A stretch of 64,000 nucleotides of DNA, from the NCBI GenBank assembly GCA_965235115.1, contig OZ249445.1:12090001-12154000 (forward strand), written 5' to 3'. The position numbers and the translations under genes were made by a program. A model generated the notes under the pieces. That model saw nothing but the letters and a program-made list of their open reading frames with translations, ran no database searches and was not told the origin of the DNA. Of this stretch, positions 52,945 through 64,000 are shown one piece after another (within the stretch, counting starts at the first letter, position 1; each line of letters begins with the position of its first letter). The DNA is from Laetmonice hystrix (lineage: Eukaryota).

Positions 52945-54801
52945 AACACTGAAAATCTGAGCACTTCATATCAGCTATAAGCTCCTTATCCCGTGCCCAT
53001 AGGCACCTCACATGTCCAAGTTTATTTTCTAACCTATTGTTACACAGATCAACGTGTTCTGCTCTGGTTTTGTGCATAACTAAATATCACATGACAATGG
53101 GAAGTTTAGTGAACAAATCATTGTGCAAGAATACCGAGGGTGGGAGAAGGTTGAATAGTCAGAATATTGTCATAAAACTGGTCAGAATCTTTTAGTTGAT
53201 GTTGCTTCAGTTTTGAGGACCGAATCTTTAATTAAAATGACTTACGCTATCTTGTCATGATTAGAATTACAAGACAATAAACCTGAGTTGTTTGTCAGAT
53301 GTCTGTCGCATAGGATTATTTCATTTATTAAGATTATTTCACGGAAATTCTTGTTTAAGTACATCCTCGACACATACTGCAGCAGATAGCGCCGTGTACC
53401 GTTAAACAGGTGTGCAAATCCCAAGCAAAGTCCCGCCAACTTTCACTCGACACTGCTACATAATATTTTCTTTCCAGAGATTCTATTTCGCACCTAAAAA
53501 TTCCTTTTATTCAGCTGGAAGATACGAGCTACTTTATAGTGCTGTGTATGGCAGGTTTTAAGATATTCCGTCTTGGCCATTGCCATGTAAGCCTCTTGTA
53601 AGAAACTCCATCATATTCATTTCTATGCATTTCTCTTTGGTATCAGAAAACATACATGCATTCTAATATGACAATTCTGTTGTTTTTGGCTTTAAAAGGT
53701 CAGAATTACATTTAAAGTTCCCAGCAGCTATGTAAAGTGGCAAAAGGTAGGTGTCTTCGTCATGATCAACGATCTAAAGCCCAAAGCCGATAATAATTAA
53801 AGATTTCTTTACTCACGAAAAAATGGCAGAGCTTGAATGTTGTGGAAATATATCAATTCAAAGCCAAACTCAAGCCATGCGACAAAGTTTGTTCACCTAT
53901 CTTTAGACAGTGGAACAAAAGATTACTTTATCTATTAAATGCTTCATACACTTAATTTAGAGCACCCCATTTTTCATTATCCTGTGTGCATTCATGTACA
54001 TTTTAAAAATAACTTTCGTCTTTAGTTTTAAACAATGAGTGAGTCTAGATTTCGACTTTTTAAATCGTACCTGGAAATACACAGCGTTTTAACACTTAAA
54101 CAGAAATTCTCTTACAATTAAAACCTGGGTTTACAGGTAATATCTATTTCAATAAGTGATTTTATTTAGCATACATTCAGAAATTCTCTTGTGATCATGT
54201 TTATATCTAATAGGACCTTTTAGGAATGAAAAAAAGAATATCTATCCCAATATCTTAGGATGCTTTCCTGTACCACTCAAGTAGGAATTGTATTACTGTC
54301 AACTTTATGGTAATGAGAACCCTTGAAAAAGACCAAATTTAAATATCATTCATCCTAATGACAACCCGTCCATGCTGTATCTAATGGAAACCACTAATTT
54401 GTTAGCCTCAACCCTTAATCTTGAAATACTCCGGAATAATACTTCACCGAATCAACCCTGCTCCTTGAATCCCTATCATTTGTGAATGTACAAAACGACC
54501 CGACTCTACACCAAGGGTTGGGCGTGGAAACAATACATGGACAAATAGGAATCCGGCCATGCCAATCCGGAAATCGCCAAATTCTACTTGCTCACCTCCT
54601 ACTGTACCTTTCACCCGGTGCGTTGAATGCGTGTTCTTAGTTAACCCTAAAATTAATGATATCTGCATGTCTGACCATGTCTGATCATTTATACCAGTAA
54701 TGACGACGAGAAATGTACCATTGACATATCAAATGTGATGATAACAAACTACAGTTAAAGAAAACCATTATATTGTTAATCTTACATACATAAACCTAGA
54801 C

Positions 54802-55902
54802 ACACCAAGCTAACAACAGAGGTGGGATACTTCCAACTATGTCCCTAACTCGGCCGTCGTCGGGATACACCAAGCTAACAACAGAGGTGGGATACTTCCA
54901 ACTATGTCCCTAACTCGGCCGTCGTCGGGATACACCAAGCTAACAACAGAGGTGGGATACTTCCAACTATGTCCCTAACTCGGCCGTCGTCGGGATACAC
55001 CAGGCTAACAACAGAGGTGGGATACTTCCAACTATGTCCCTAACTCGGCCGTCGTCGGGATACACCAAGCTAACAACAGAGGTGGGATACTTCCAACTAT
55101 GTCCCTAACTCGGCCGTCGTCGGGATACACCAAGCTAACAACAGAGGTGGGATACTTCCAACTATGTCCCTAACTCGGCCGTCGTCGGGATACACCAAGC
55201 TAACAACAGAGGTGGGATACTTCCAACTATGTCCCTAACTCGGCCGTCGTCGGGATACACCAAGCTAACAACAGAGGTGGGATACTTCCAACTATGTCCC
55301 TAACTCGGCCGTCGTCGGGATACACCAAGCTAACAACAGAGGTGGGATACTTCCAACTATGTCCCTAACTCGGCCGTCGTCGGGATACACCAAGCTAACA
55401 ACAGAGGTGGGATACTTCCAACTATGTCCCTAACTCGGCCGTCGTCGGGATACACCAAGCTAACAACAGAGGTGGGATACTTCCAACTATGTCCCTAACT
55501 CGGCCGTCGTCGGGATACACCAAGCTAACAACAGAGGTGGGATACTTCCAACTATGTCCCTAACTCGGCCGTCGTCGGGATACACCAAGCTAACAACAGA
55601 GGTGGGATACTTCCAACTATGTCCCTAACTCGGCCGTCGTCGGGATACACCTAACAACAGAGGTGGGATACTTCCAACTATGTCCCTAACTCGGCCGTCG
55701 TCGGGATACACCAAGCTAACAACAGAGGTGGGATACTTCCAACTATGTCCCTAACTCGGCCGTCGTCGGGATACACCAAGCTAACAACAGAGGTGGGATA
55801 CTTCCAACTATGTCCCTAACTCGGCCGTCGTCGGGATACACCAGGCTAACAACAGAGGTGGGATACTTCCAACTATGTCCCTAACTCGGCCGTCGTCGGG
55901 AT
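54802..55902. repeat. Highly homogeneous 65-bp minisatellite, 17 copies (FUZ intron 2)
   Basis: Unit acaccaagctaacaacagaggtgggatacttccaactatgtccctaactcggccgtcgtcgggat. The only variants are A>G in two units and one 4-nt deletion (about 55650). Confidence 0.95.
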
Positions 55903-58900
55903 ATGGACCCGAGGTGTAGAAAACAAGGATGGTGCATGACGCGTACGAGTCGTTTATCTCTCCGACACAATGACTCTTGTCTAAATGTCCTGATATGGGC
56001 ACGATGTGAAGAAAATATGATTAATTCCCATGAGGTAATAAACCAATCCTTATTTCTTAGGCATTTTGATTTCTCTTAATTCCGGCCGTAACTGTCATTG
56101 GCTGAACGTCCCTGAAAGACTAGCTGAGGGTGATAACAGAAGTTTTTCTTGATAAAAAAAAGTCCATATGCAAAGTTTTATATCATTGTTCCAATGTCAT
56201 AGTGTGACTGACCGGAGCTGAATATGGATCTAAATGAAAACAACCATAAATCCTCTACACACGGCATCATCTATCTAAAAATAATGTGTGCGAATCCCGT
56301 CAAATCTACCAACAAATGGGGCTCACATTTCCAACAACCAACCCACTTTTATTCAGAACATGTAAAATTACGGAAATATTCTCTGAGCGTTTCCTTATTT
56401 TCCTTTTTGTTTCTGAATCTATCGCAGTAAGATCCTTTTTTGGAGAACATAATATTAAAATCTGCAATCTTTCCTGGTCACTTCATCAAATGAGGTTGGT
56501 TAACTAGCATCCCCACGGGGATGGTGATTTTATCAGGATGCTAGGCATTTCAGTGTCCATTTCACAGCCAAAATGAATCTTCATTAAGACAAAGTTCTCT
56601 TCTTTTCGTAATGTATACAGAACCGATAAGTCCCTCTTGCATTGTGCGAACCTCGCTGTATCAGACTTTTTATTACTTACATCAATCTTAAGAGTCCTTC
56701 ATTTTCTCTGCATATATCTGTTCCACAGAGATCTTATGATGGAACCTTCATTTTAGCTTCACAATTAACTGTCAATTACAATTCGCTTATCGCAGTTGTC
56801 TAAAGAAGAATACAACTCAATAGAAAAATACTTTGGTAAAGCTTCTCATCTGTTGAAACGTGTCGTTCGGATGTGCCTTACATCAAACACAGTATTTCAA
56901 GCAACGCTGGAAACTTATTTTATTCTGCATGTGCAGATGACTTATCTTATTTCATAGCCGGACACATTTTTACTGAAATGATTAAAAAAAGAAGAAATGT
57001 AGCGGCTATATTTGGTGAGCTTGGGTTTTGTTCTTGACTGTGAACGCAACATACAATCATCGAAAAGATAGAAACAACAGAGTAAAAGATTAGAAAAAAA
57101 AAAGAAAAACGAAAGAGAACACGGTACAACAAATCTCGGTCGTAGAGTGATCGACTCAAACCACAAACAGGGCAGAGGAGAAACAGTAAAATACTGCGTT
57201 CGAAAATAGGTATGAAAGTGAACAAGAAGTAGTCAAGATATAAGAAGAAAGAAATATGGAAAGAACGAAACGCGAATTTGCTTCGACTTATATACGTAAT
57301 TGCACGCCAGGCGGTAAGGTAGAATCTTCCTCCCTCTTATAAGCATTCCTAATAAGGTTTCAGAATCTAATTACAGGAAAGAGGGCATATCCTCTGCTCC
57401 CTGTACCCCCTTCCACTCTTACCCCAGAACCCCTCCCCCCCCCCTCCCAAACCCCCACCTGCGCCCGAGGAAAATTCACCCCCTCCTGATGTACCTACAG
57501 CACGAGAAGCAGCTAATATGTCGAACGACATCCCTTAACTTTTTAACTTTTTTCCCCTGCTGTCACATTTCTAAATGGAACTCATATGTACTGCGAGTGT
57601 TTGTATTTCACTCTCGTGAAATATGCATTATTAGACAGGTTACATAGCCGATAAATAATACCTCACAAAGTACACCGTTACGTAAAGACCCGAGAAAATA
57701 CATTCTAAAATGCAATTTGTCCTCTCAACGTTCTTTCCGGCTGTGATGATGTTCAAGAAAAGAATCTTTTCCCTTGGTGCAACATTGTATGTATTAATTA
57801 GAAAATATCTCATGATGTCCCAAAAAGTTGACATTGAGCGTTAGTAAAGTGTTCATGGAAACATATCAATTGTCACTTCACTTTTTTTGCTCGTGAAGAA
57901 TCCACAGTGCCAACTTCAAAAAATATTTAAAAATTAAAGAGGTATGCCATAACAACCTTCAAAAATAACGGCACGCAAATTGGATTTGACCAATTTTGCT
58001 TCACATATGATTCCATATTTCTGGAAGTTGCCATGACAACGCAGTCTACTCAGCTATGAAAAATGGTACCATAGAGATATGAGACAATACATGTATTGCT
58101 ACTGAATCTGACTGAAATGCTTATAACTATTTCTTTACTATCCAGAAATAGATTGTGCTGTTAGCGAGTAAAATTACCCCAGTCAATAAATCCCTAAGTG
58201 TCTTATTTATTCCCATGTTGCTTAGCATTCAGAATGCTTGAAACCAATTTAAGTCATATTTCCTTTTCAGTCATTTGAGGCACATATTGATGGGTTCAAA
58301 TAACCCTCTTTTCAGTTTCATCAGTGTGCAGACCCCATGATTGAGTGGCCGCTCGCTAGTCCCAACTTCTGACAATATAATCCAAATGAAAATGACAGAA
58401 CTCTGATTTTCAACGCAAAAAAGGTGCCTCAGTAAAAGAAAGTTGGCATATACCCGGCAGCTGCGCATCCTGGTGTTGAGCGTGGTACTCCACCTCCAGT
58501 CAGAGGGCGCCACCAGTAGGAGCGCCGAGTCGGGCGCTGTGAGCGCGGCAGGCAGCCAGCCGGCGGCCGGGCGGTCGGTAGCGGTAACCGGTACGGCCTG
58601 CCCGCGGCCATTGGTAGCTTTCCACTGAACGAGACCCACTCATCGGGAAATCACTGATAATTGTTTGATGCAAGAAAAGCTGAATGTAATTCACCATTTA
58701 CAATAAAGGAGTAGACGCTGAGATTCCCCACTGCATAGCGATAAAAAAGACACCTGATGATGGGAATCTATTAAAAGACAATCATTTTCACAATACATCC
58801 TTCATCAGACTTAGGAGATAATCTACTGTACAGCTCGTGGTGTTTCCGTGGTGTCTACCAGTGTACCCCTTGTACTGAGAGAGTGGTCAACTCGTCAGGA

Positions 58901-59814
58901 CCACAGGAGATCCCCAAACCACCGCTCTGTGGGTACATCACCTCCATACTAGGAGTGGTTTACAATAGAAACCTTCCCAACTTATTACATGACCTTGATG
59001 ATCTCTGAAGGTCAAGGATATTCTCGTGCCAATTGTATGTGTAGTATTGGGATCATCTGCAATCTAAATGTCTGAAAACAACTCCCATCAAAGCAGGATA
59101 AAAGTTTTCTCTTTTTTTTCACCTCAATGTTCGTGAAAATTATAGGAATACTCCTCTTGTTTTGCGTAATGCGGCTTCTCACATTGGTAAAATGACACTC
59201 CGATAGCCTTCATTAGGAGTAACATTCAATGATTAAATGCTTGTCAAGTAAGATTACACATTAACAAAATCCCGACCAACGAGAAAACCTGCCATTTGCA
59301 GGGCGCCTTCTGCATCATTTCAAATTATAAGATACCTAGCATATCGTTACAAGTTGTGCCACAATTCTCAATCACTCCAAGGTATACAGAGACGCTGAGT
59401 CATGGCATGTCCTGCTGACGACTTGAGAAACCTATTTAATTTTCACGATATTTCACCACGCATCGTGTTGGTTACAAAGGCGCCATACATACTACTGAAT
59501 AAAGGGAGAGAAGAAATTGTATTTGAATTTTATGTCACTTAATTACTACATGTTTGTCGAGATTTGCAACATTTGGCATTGACATACCTTTGTATGGTTC
59601 AATCGAGGCAGTTATATTTGATAAAATGTAATTGATTAAAGATTTTGGCACATACTATACTAGTCCTGGCAAACCTGAACTGAAATATAGCAAGAACGAC
59701 CTGCGGAGAGGATTAAGACTCGCCAAACTGAAGGTGGGAGCTGACATGGGTCGGTTCCGAGGTGAGGGAGTAAAGTCTCTTCTCCACGAAAAGTTTTCCC
59801 TGAAAAATCTTTAT

Positions 59815-60000
59815 TGACGAGAAAACGTGCCCGTGTAGAAAGGGAAAAGTAACAAGTTTTCCTTGTCAATTCCCACTCGTTGGAAAGGTGGTTGTGCTGC
59901 TTTTGAGCGAGGAATCTTGGGCGACGAAAACTTGTGGGTAATCTACACGGGGCACATCACTCATCAAGGAAAGTTGTCCAGGAAAACTTGTTCGTGTAGA
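59815..60000. mobile_element. MITE-like remnant with nested inverted sub-repeats
   Basis: GTGCCCGTGTAGA (about 59827) versus TCTACACGGGGCAC (about 59942); AACAAGTTTTCC (59851) versus GGAAAACTTGTT (59981). Confidence 0.4.
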
Positions 60001-60244
60001 ATAAGCTTGACACTCACATCGTCGTGACCACTATATGCAGTGTCCAATGCTGGACTTGTGTACGTTTTATAAAGACATTACATGATAAAGCTTTAGCTTA
60101 TGTAGATAAGGAAACTAAGGAAATGTGGTGGTCATCCTATCAACAAGTTCAAAAGGATTCTAGAACTTTCCAAGCGGTCCGAATCTTCACTGACATGGAC
60201 TGCTGCCCACGTGTACACATGGTTCCTGAAGTCCTCAGGTCCAG

Positions 60245-61649
60245 ATAACAACATCACATAGTATCGATACCCTGAGTTCACTCACTAACCACCAAAACAC
60301 TCGGAGGCATTCCCCTGACCTCACGTACCAATCCTACTGATCGTACACTTGACCATTCAGTGTGTGTGTGTAGTTTGATTAAAGCTTTCCGTCACTTCAC
60401 ACCGTCTCTGACGTGTTACAATAACAACATCACATAGTATCGATACCCTGAGTTCACTCACTAACCACCAAAACACTCGGAGGCATTCCCCTGACCTCAC
60501 GTAACAATCCTACTGATCGTACACTTGACCATTCAGTGTGTGTGTGTAGTTTGATTAAAGCTTTCCGTCACTTCACACCGTCTCTGACGTGTTACAATAA
60601 CAACATCACATAGTATCGATACCCCAGTTCACTCACTAACCACCAAAACACTCGGAGGCATTCCCCTGACCTCACGTAACAATCCTACTGATCGTACACT
60701 TGACCATTCAGTGTGTGTGTGTAGTTTGATTAAAGCTTTCCGTCACTTCACACCGTCTCTGACGTGTTACAATAACAACATCACATAGTATCGATACCCC
60801 AGTTCACTCACTAACCACCAAAACACTCGGAGGCATTCCCCTGACCTCACGTAACAATCCTACTGATCGTACACTTGACCATTCAGTGTGTGTGTGTAGT
60901 TTGATTAAAGCTTTCCGTCACTTCACACCGTCTCTGACGTGTTACAATAACAACATCACATAGTATCGATACCCTGAGTTCACTCACTAACCACCAAAAC
61001 ACTCGGAGGCATTCCCCTGACCTCACGTAACAATCCTACTGATCGTACACTTGACCATTCAGTGTGTGTGTGTAGTTTGATTAAAGCTTTCCGTCACTTC
61101 ACACCGTCTCTGACGTGTTACAATAACAACATCACATAGTATCGATACCCTGAGTTCACTCACTAACCACCAAAACACTCGGAGGCATTCCCCTGACCTC
61201 ACGTAACAATCCTACTGATCGTACACTTGACCATTCAGTGTGTGTGTGTAGTTTGATTAAAGCTTTCCGTCACTTCACACCGTCTCTGACGTGTTACAAT
61301 AACAACATCACATAGTATCGATACCCTGAGTTCACTCACTAACCACCAAAACACTCGGAGGCATTCCCCTGACCTCACGTAACAATCCTACTGATCGTAC
61401 ACTTGACCATTCAGTGTGTGTAGTTTGATTAAAGCTTTCCGTCACTTCACACCGTCTCTGACGTGTTACAATAACAACATCACATAGTATCGATACCCTG
61501 AGTTCACTCACTAACCACCAAAACACTCGGAGGCATTCCCCTGACCTCACGTACCAATCCTACTGATCGTACACTTGACCATTCAGTGTGTGTGTGTAGT
61601 TTGATTAAAGCTTTCCGTCACTTCACACCGTCTCTGACGTGTTACAATA
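60245..61649. repeat. About 176-bp tandem repeat, 8 copies, with an internal (GT)n (FUZ intron 2)
   Basis: Units start at 60245, 60421, 60597, 60772, 60947, 61123, 61299 and 61471. Lengths of 172-176 come from (GT)n variation and a 1-nt indel. Confidence 0.95.
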
Positions 61650-62414
61650 TACAAAGGTTACTGGCCCAGAGTCGGTCTCAGCTTTCTGCTACGTGTGCCT
61701 TCCCGTCTTATATCATGCAGCCAGTCAACTGAGCTGAATGAAATCACTCAATAATGGCTTAGAGCAACTGTGTCTCATGTGTGTCTTCTCAGAGCACATA
61801 TTTGACCTTTTGTGTCCCTTCTGTGTAATTTTAGAGGGCAAATGAGGAAATGAGATCAGGAAGATAATCCCTGGATTTATTAATCCTTACGACTGGGAGA
61901 AAGTCACTTAATAACGGTAGAGAATACTCCTCCACATCTAGTGACACATCATCCTTACATGTTACAATCAGTATTCGCAGTACAAGCGGGGGCGTAATTA
62001 GTAAGTTATACAAGGGAGGCTTGTAAATCCTTAAAATCGCTTACTTAGTAAATCACGCAGGAGTCTAGGACCTGTCATTCTCCTCAACTGGGAAGAGCAT
62101 GACCCAATCACTGCCCCTTTATAAATTATACGTATAGAAATACTTGTACCTCTCTCCTATACCACCTTCGTCCTTTGCCAGGGTAAGGTCCCTGCAATTT
62201 ATTTCTGGATCCAAGTGATGAAATCCGTACAATTCTATAGAAGTGGACCTTTATGATAATTGTCAATTCAAAGCTGATACTACACTGAGAGGTAAGCATT
62301 TGTTTTATACTTACCGTATAAATCTACTACAGCTCTCAGTCTATTGTAGATATAGACTGTATAACAAAATAATATAGTTGATCTTTGAGTGATATTGGTT
62401 ACCAGTCTACTGAC

Positions 62415-62536
62415 CTGTTATTGTAGACCTTCCAGACGACCTTGGCCGTGTCTGTAGTGGTGGTGATCAACTCGGCCCCATGAGTGGACGCAAACATGTG
62501 AACGCCATTCAGCGAACCGATGATGGGGAAAGGAAG
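62415..62536 (-). CDS. FUZ: FUZ exon 2
   Basis: Acceptor ctgttttacag|. LPFPIIGSLNGVHMFASTHGAELITTTTDTAKVVWKVYNN(S) matches LPFSVIGSLNGVHMFGQNLEVQLSSARTENTTVVWKSFHDS. Donor AG|GTCAGT. Confidence 0.95.
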
Positions 62537-64000
62537 CTGTAAAACAGAACAGAAAATATCCATGAGAAATGACCAAAAATACTCCAAGTCTAGAGGGAAA
62601 GAAAAACATCAGTACAATTGGAAAGATTGTCTCAATAGCCACATGTCAGGAGTCATTTATTACAAATACAGAGACGCCGCCCCCTAGAAGCAAAGCAAAC
62701 ACACACAAAAAACATCAAGTGCGGTCATTGGAACAATACAGATCTCTTGCCGCCAAAATTTCTATTGCAAGTCAGAAACTGGGAACAGCTGAGTTTGCAA
62801 CCCCTCCGTGGACGAGATTCGTAATTCAAGCAAACATGGCGAGACGTGAAAGGTGAACGAACAAACGCTGAGGGTCTCCATGTCATGTCAAAGGTGTGGT
62901 TCATGATGGCAGCACTGAGACAACAGATGTTGGTTGTGGTTTCTTTGGTAGCTACGTTTCTCTATCCGTCCGCCCCACCCCTCAACTCCTGATCGTTCAA
63001 AGGTTAGAAATCGGAGACAGTAGACGCTCGGCACGAGGAAGAGACCATAGGGAGTCATCGTTTGTGTCCCCTCAAAACCACTGATATAGGTCACACCATC
63101 ATTTTGTTACTAAATAGTGGACAAATAAAAAAAAAGGTTACTCTAGTTTCTAGAACACACTTAACTGAAGGATAAAAACAGAATTTCGGCGAATTCGAAT
63201 TTCCAAAATCAAATTCACCAACGCCATGTAACTTGTTGTAAATCTGTCAACTCTGGTAAGTTAATTATTTATTTAATCATCTATATATTTATTTATCTAT
63301 CTACATGTATTCAGCAATTTAGTGAATATAATTCGTTCGTAACCACATCATAAACCGAGGCCAATCAACTTCACAGACAGTCTTATGATAAATACTCTGG
63401 GACTAACCAAGGTCGGTTGGTTGGCCTGGAACCAACAGATATCCTGTCAGCTATCCTCTCAGCTTCTACTGCCAAACCACAAGAAAGTCATTTTACTGCA
63501 TGACCGAAGCTTGCATGTTGTAACTTAATTACCAAATAAACAAACTTTGACATAGAGATTGGAAAGGCAGCAGCTTTATTCATCGCTTTCCATTTGTTTG
63601 GATCGTTTCTTTATCCACCATGCCCCTAACCAGTCATCTATTTCCTTCCACTCTGATCACTACTAAAATATCTCTTCCCTTGTCACGACACACAACACAA
63701 CAAACTTGTAGTTTTTAGGATGCACATGACAAAACTGAGAAAAGACAAATATTTGTTAAACGTTTCCCTGACCTTCAAATGCCCCCTCCCCTATTGACAG
63801 GTTACTCGGTCCGCCACACTTACAAACCCCTGGTCTGAGAAATCCAACCAAGTCAGTTCATCTGCTGGCATACACCCACCTTCGTCTAGGTGGGTATCTT
63901 TCTCCATAACCCGACCGCACTGACATACTCCCGGCAAACTTGTGTGAACCTACGGTACACAGGTAGAGCAGAGTTTATAGATAATGTCTCCGCCAAGTGG

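Larger units (their letters stand above)
7477..62536 (-). other. FUZ: Fuzzy planar cell polarity protein gene span (exons 2-11; exon 1 is beyond the right edge)
   Basis: Ten exons join in phase to 1185 nt (394 aa + stop). They are colinear with vertebrate FUZ motifs (LPFxxIGSLNGVHMF, MVLLxGLxxLxxIxNxERxK, RDxPVxLPxGSP, VPHRLLT, CxLCGP, DILG, RRRxLxxFY). Introns are 26257, 3694, 1800, 4092, 3104, 1728, 11042, 1528 and 630 nt. Confidence 0.95.

Noticed and set aside
55856-56034. Plus-strand exon with an in-frame TGA (possible selenocysteine) whose acceptor is repeated by the 65-bp array
   Set aside because: All three frames contain stops, there is no selenoprotein motif or SECIS, and the pyrimidine tract is poor.
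62537-64000. FUZ exon 1
   Set aside because: No frame encodes the expected LxCLxxxxGVPLF motif with a phase-0 donor, so it must lie beyond the window.
63770-64000. Structured GC-balanced segment with the hairpin CCCACC-TTCGTCTA-GGTGGG (possible retroelement UTR or ribozyme; similar word at about 41690)
   Set aside because: It is truncated by the window edge, and no complete ribozyme fold or Pol III boxes could be established by eye.

Overview
This is eukaryotic (animal) genomic DNA. Its composition suggests a marine invertebrate, possibly an echinoderm, but that is inference only. The window is dominated by one intron-rich minus-strand gene, Fuzzy (FUZ, the CPLANE/planar-cell-polarity effector). 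Ten coding exons (2-11) can be reconstructed from 62536 down to the stop at 7477. All have GT-AG boundaries and join in phase to give 394 codons. Exon 1 lies beyond the right edge, and intron 2 is 26 kb. Downstream on the same strand is the first coding exon of an ANKS1A/B-like ankyrin-SAM gene (2092-1980), which continues off the left edge. The FUZ introns hold eight unrelated tandem arrays (about 6 kb in total), a tRNA-derived SINE, a Helentron-type non-autonomous element, a poly(A) retro-insertion with a target-site duplication, MITE-like remnants and several GC-rich, enhancer-like patches with CTCF-like motifs. The most unusual observation is that two arrays are amplified splice junctions of FUZ itself: 21 extra copies of the exon 7 donor and 10 extra copies of the exon 3 acceptor. 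Only the proximal decoy acceptor keeps the reading frame open (+20 aa). No prokaryotic operon, CRISPR array, rRNA or true tRNA is supported.
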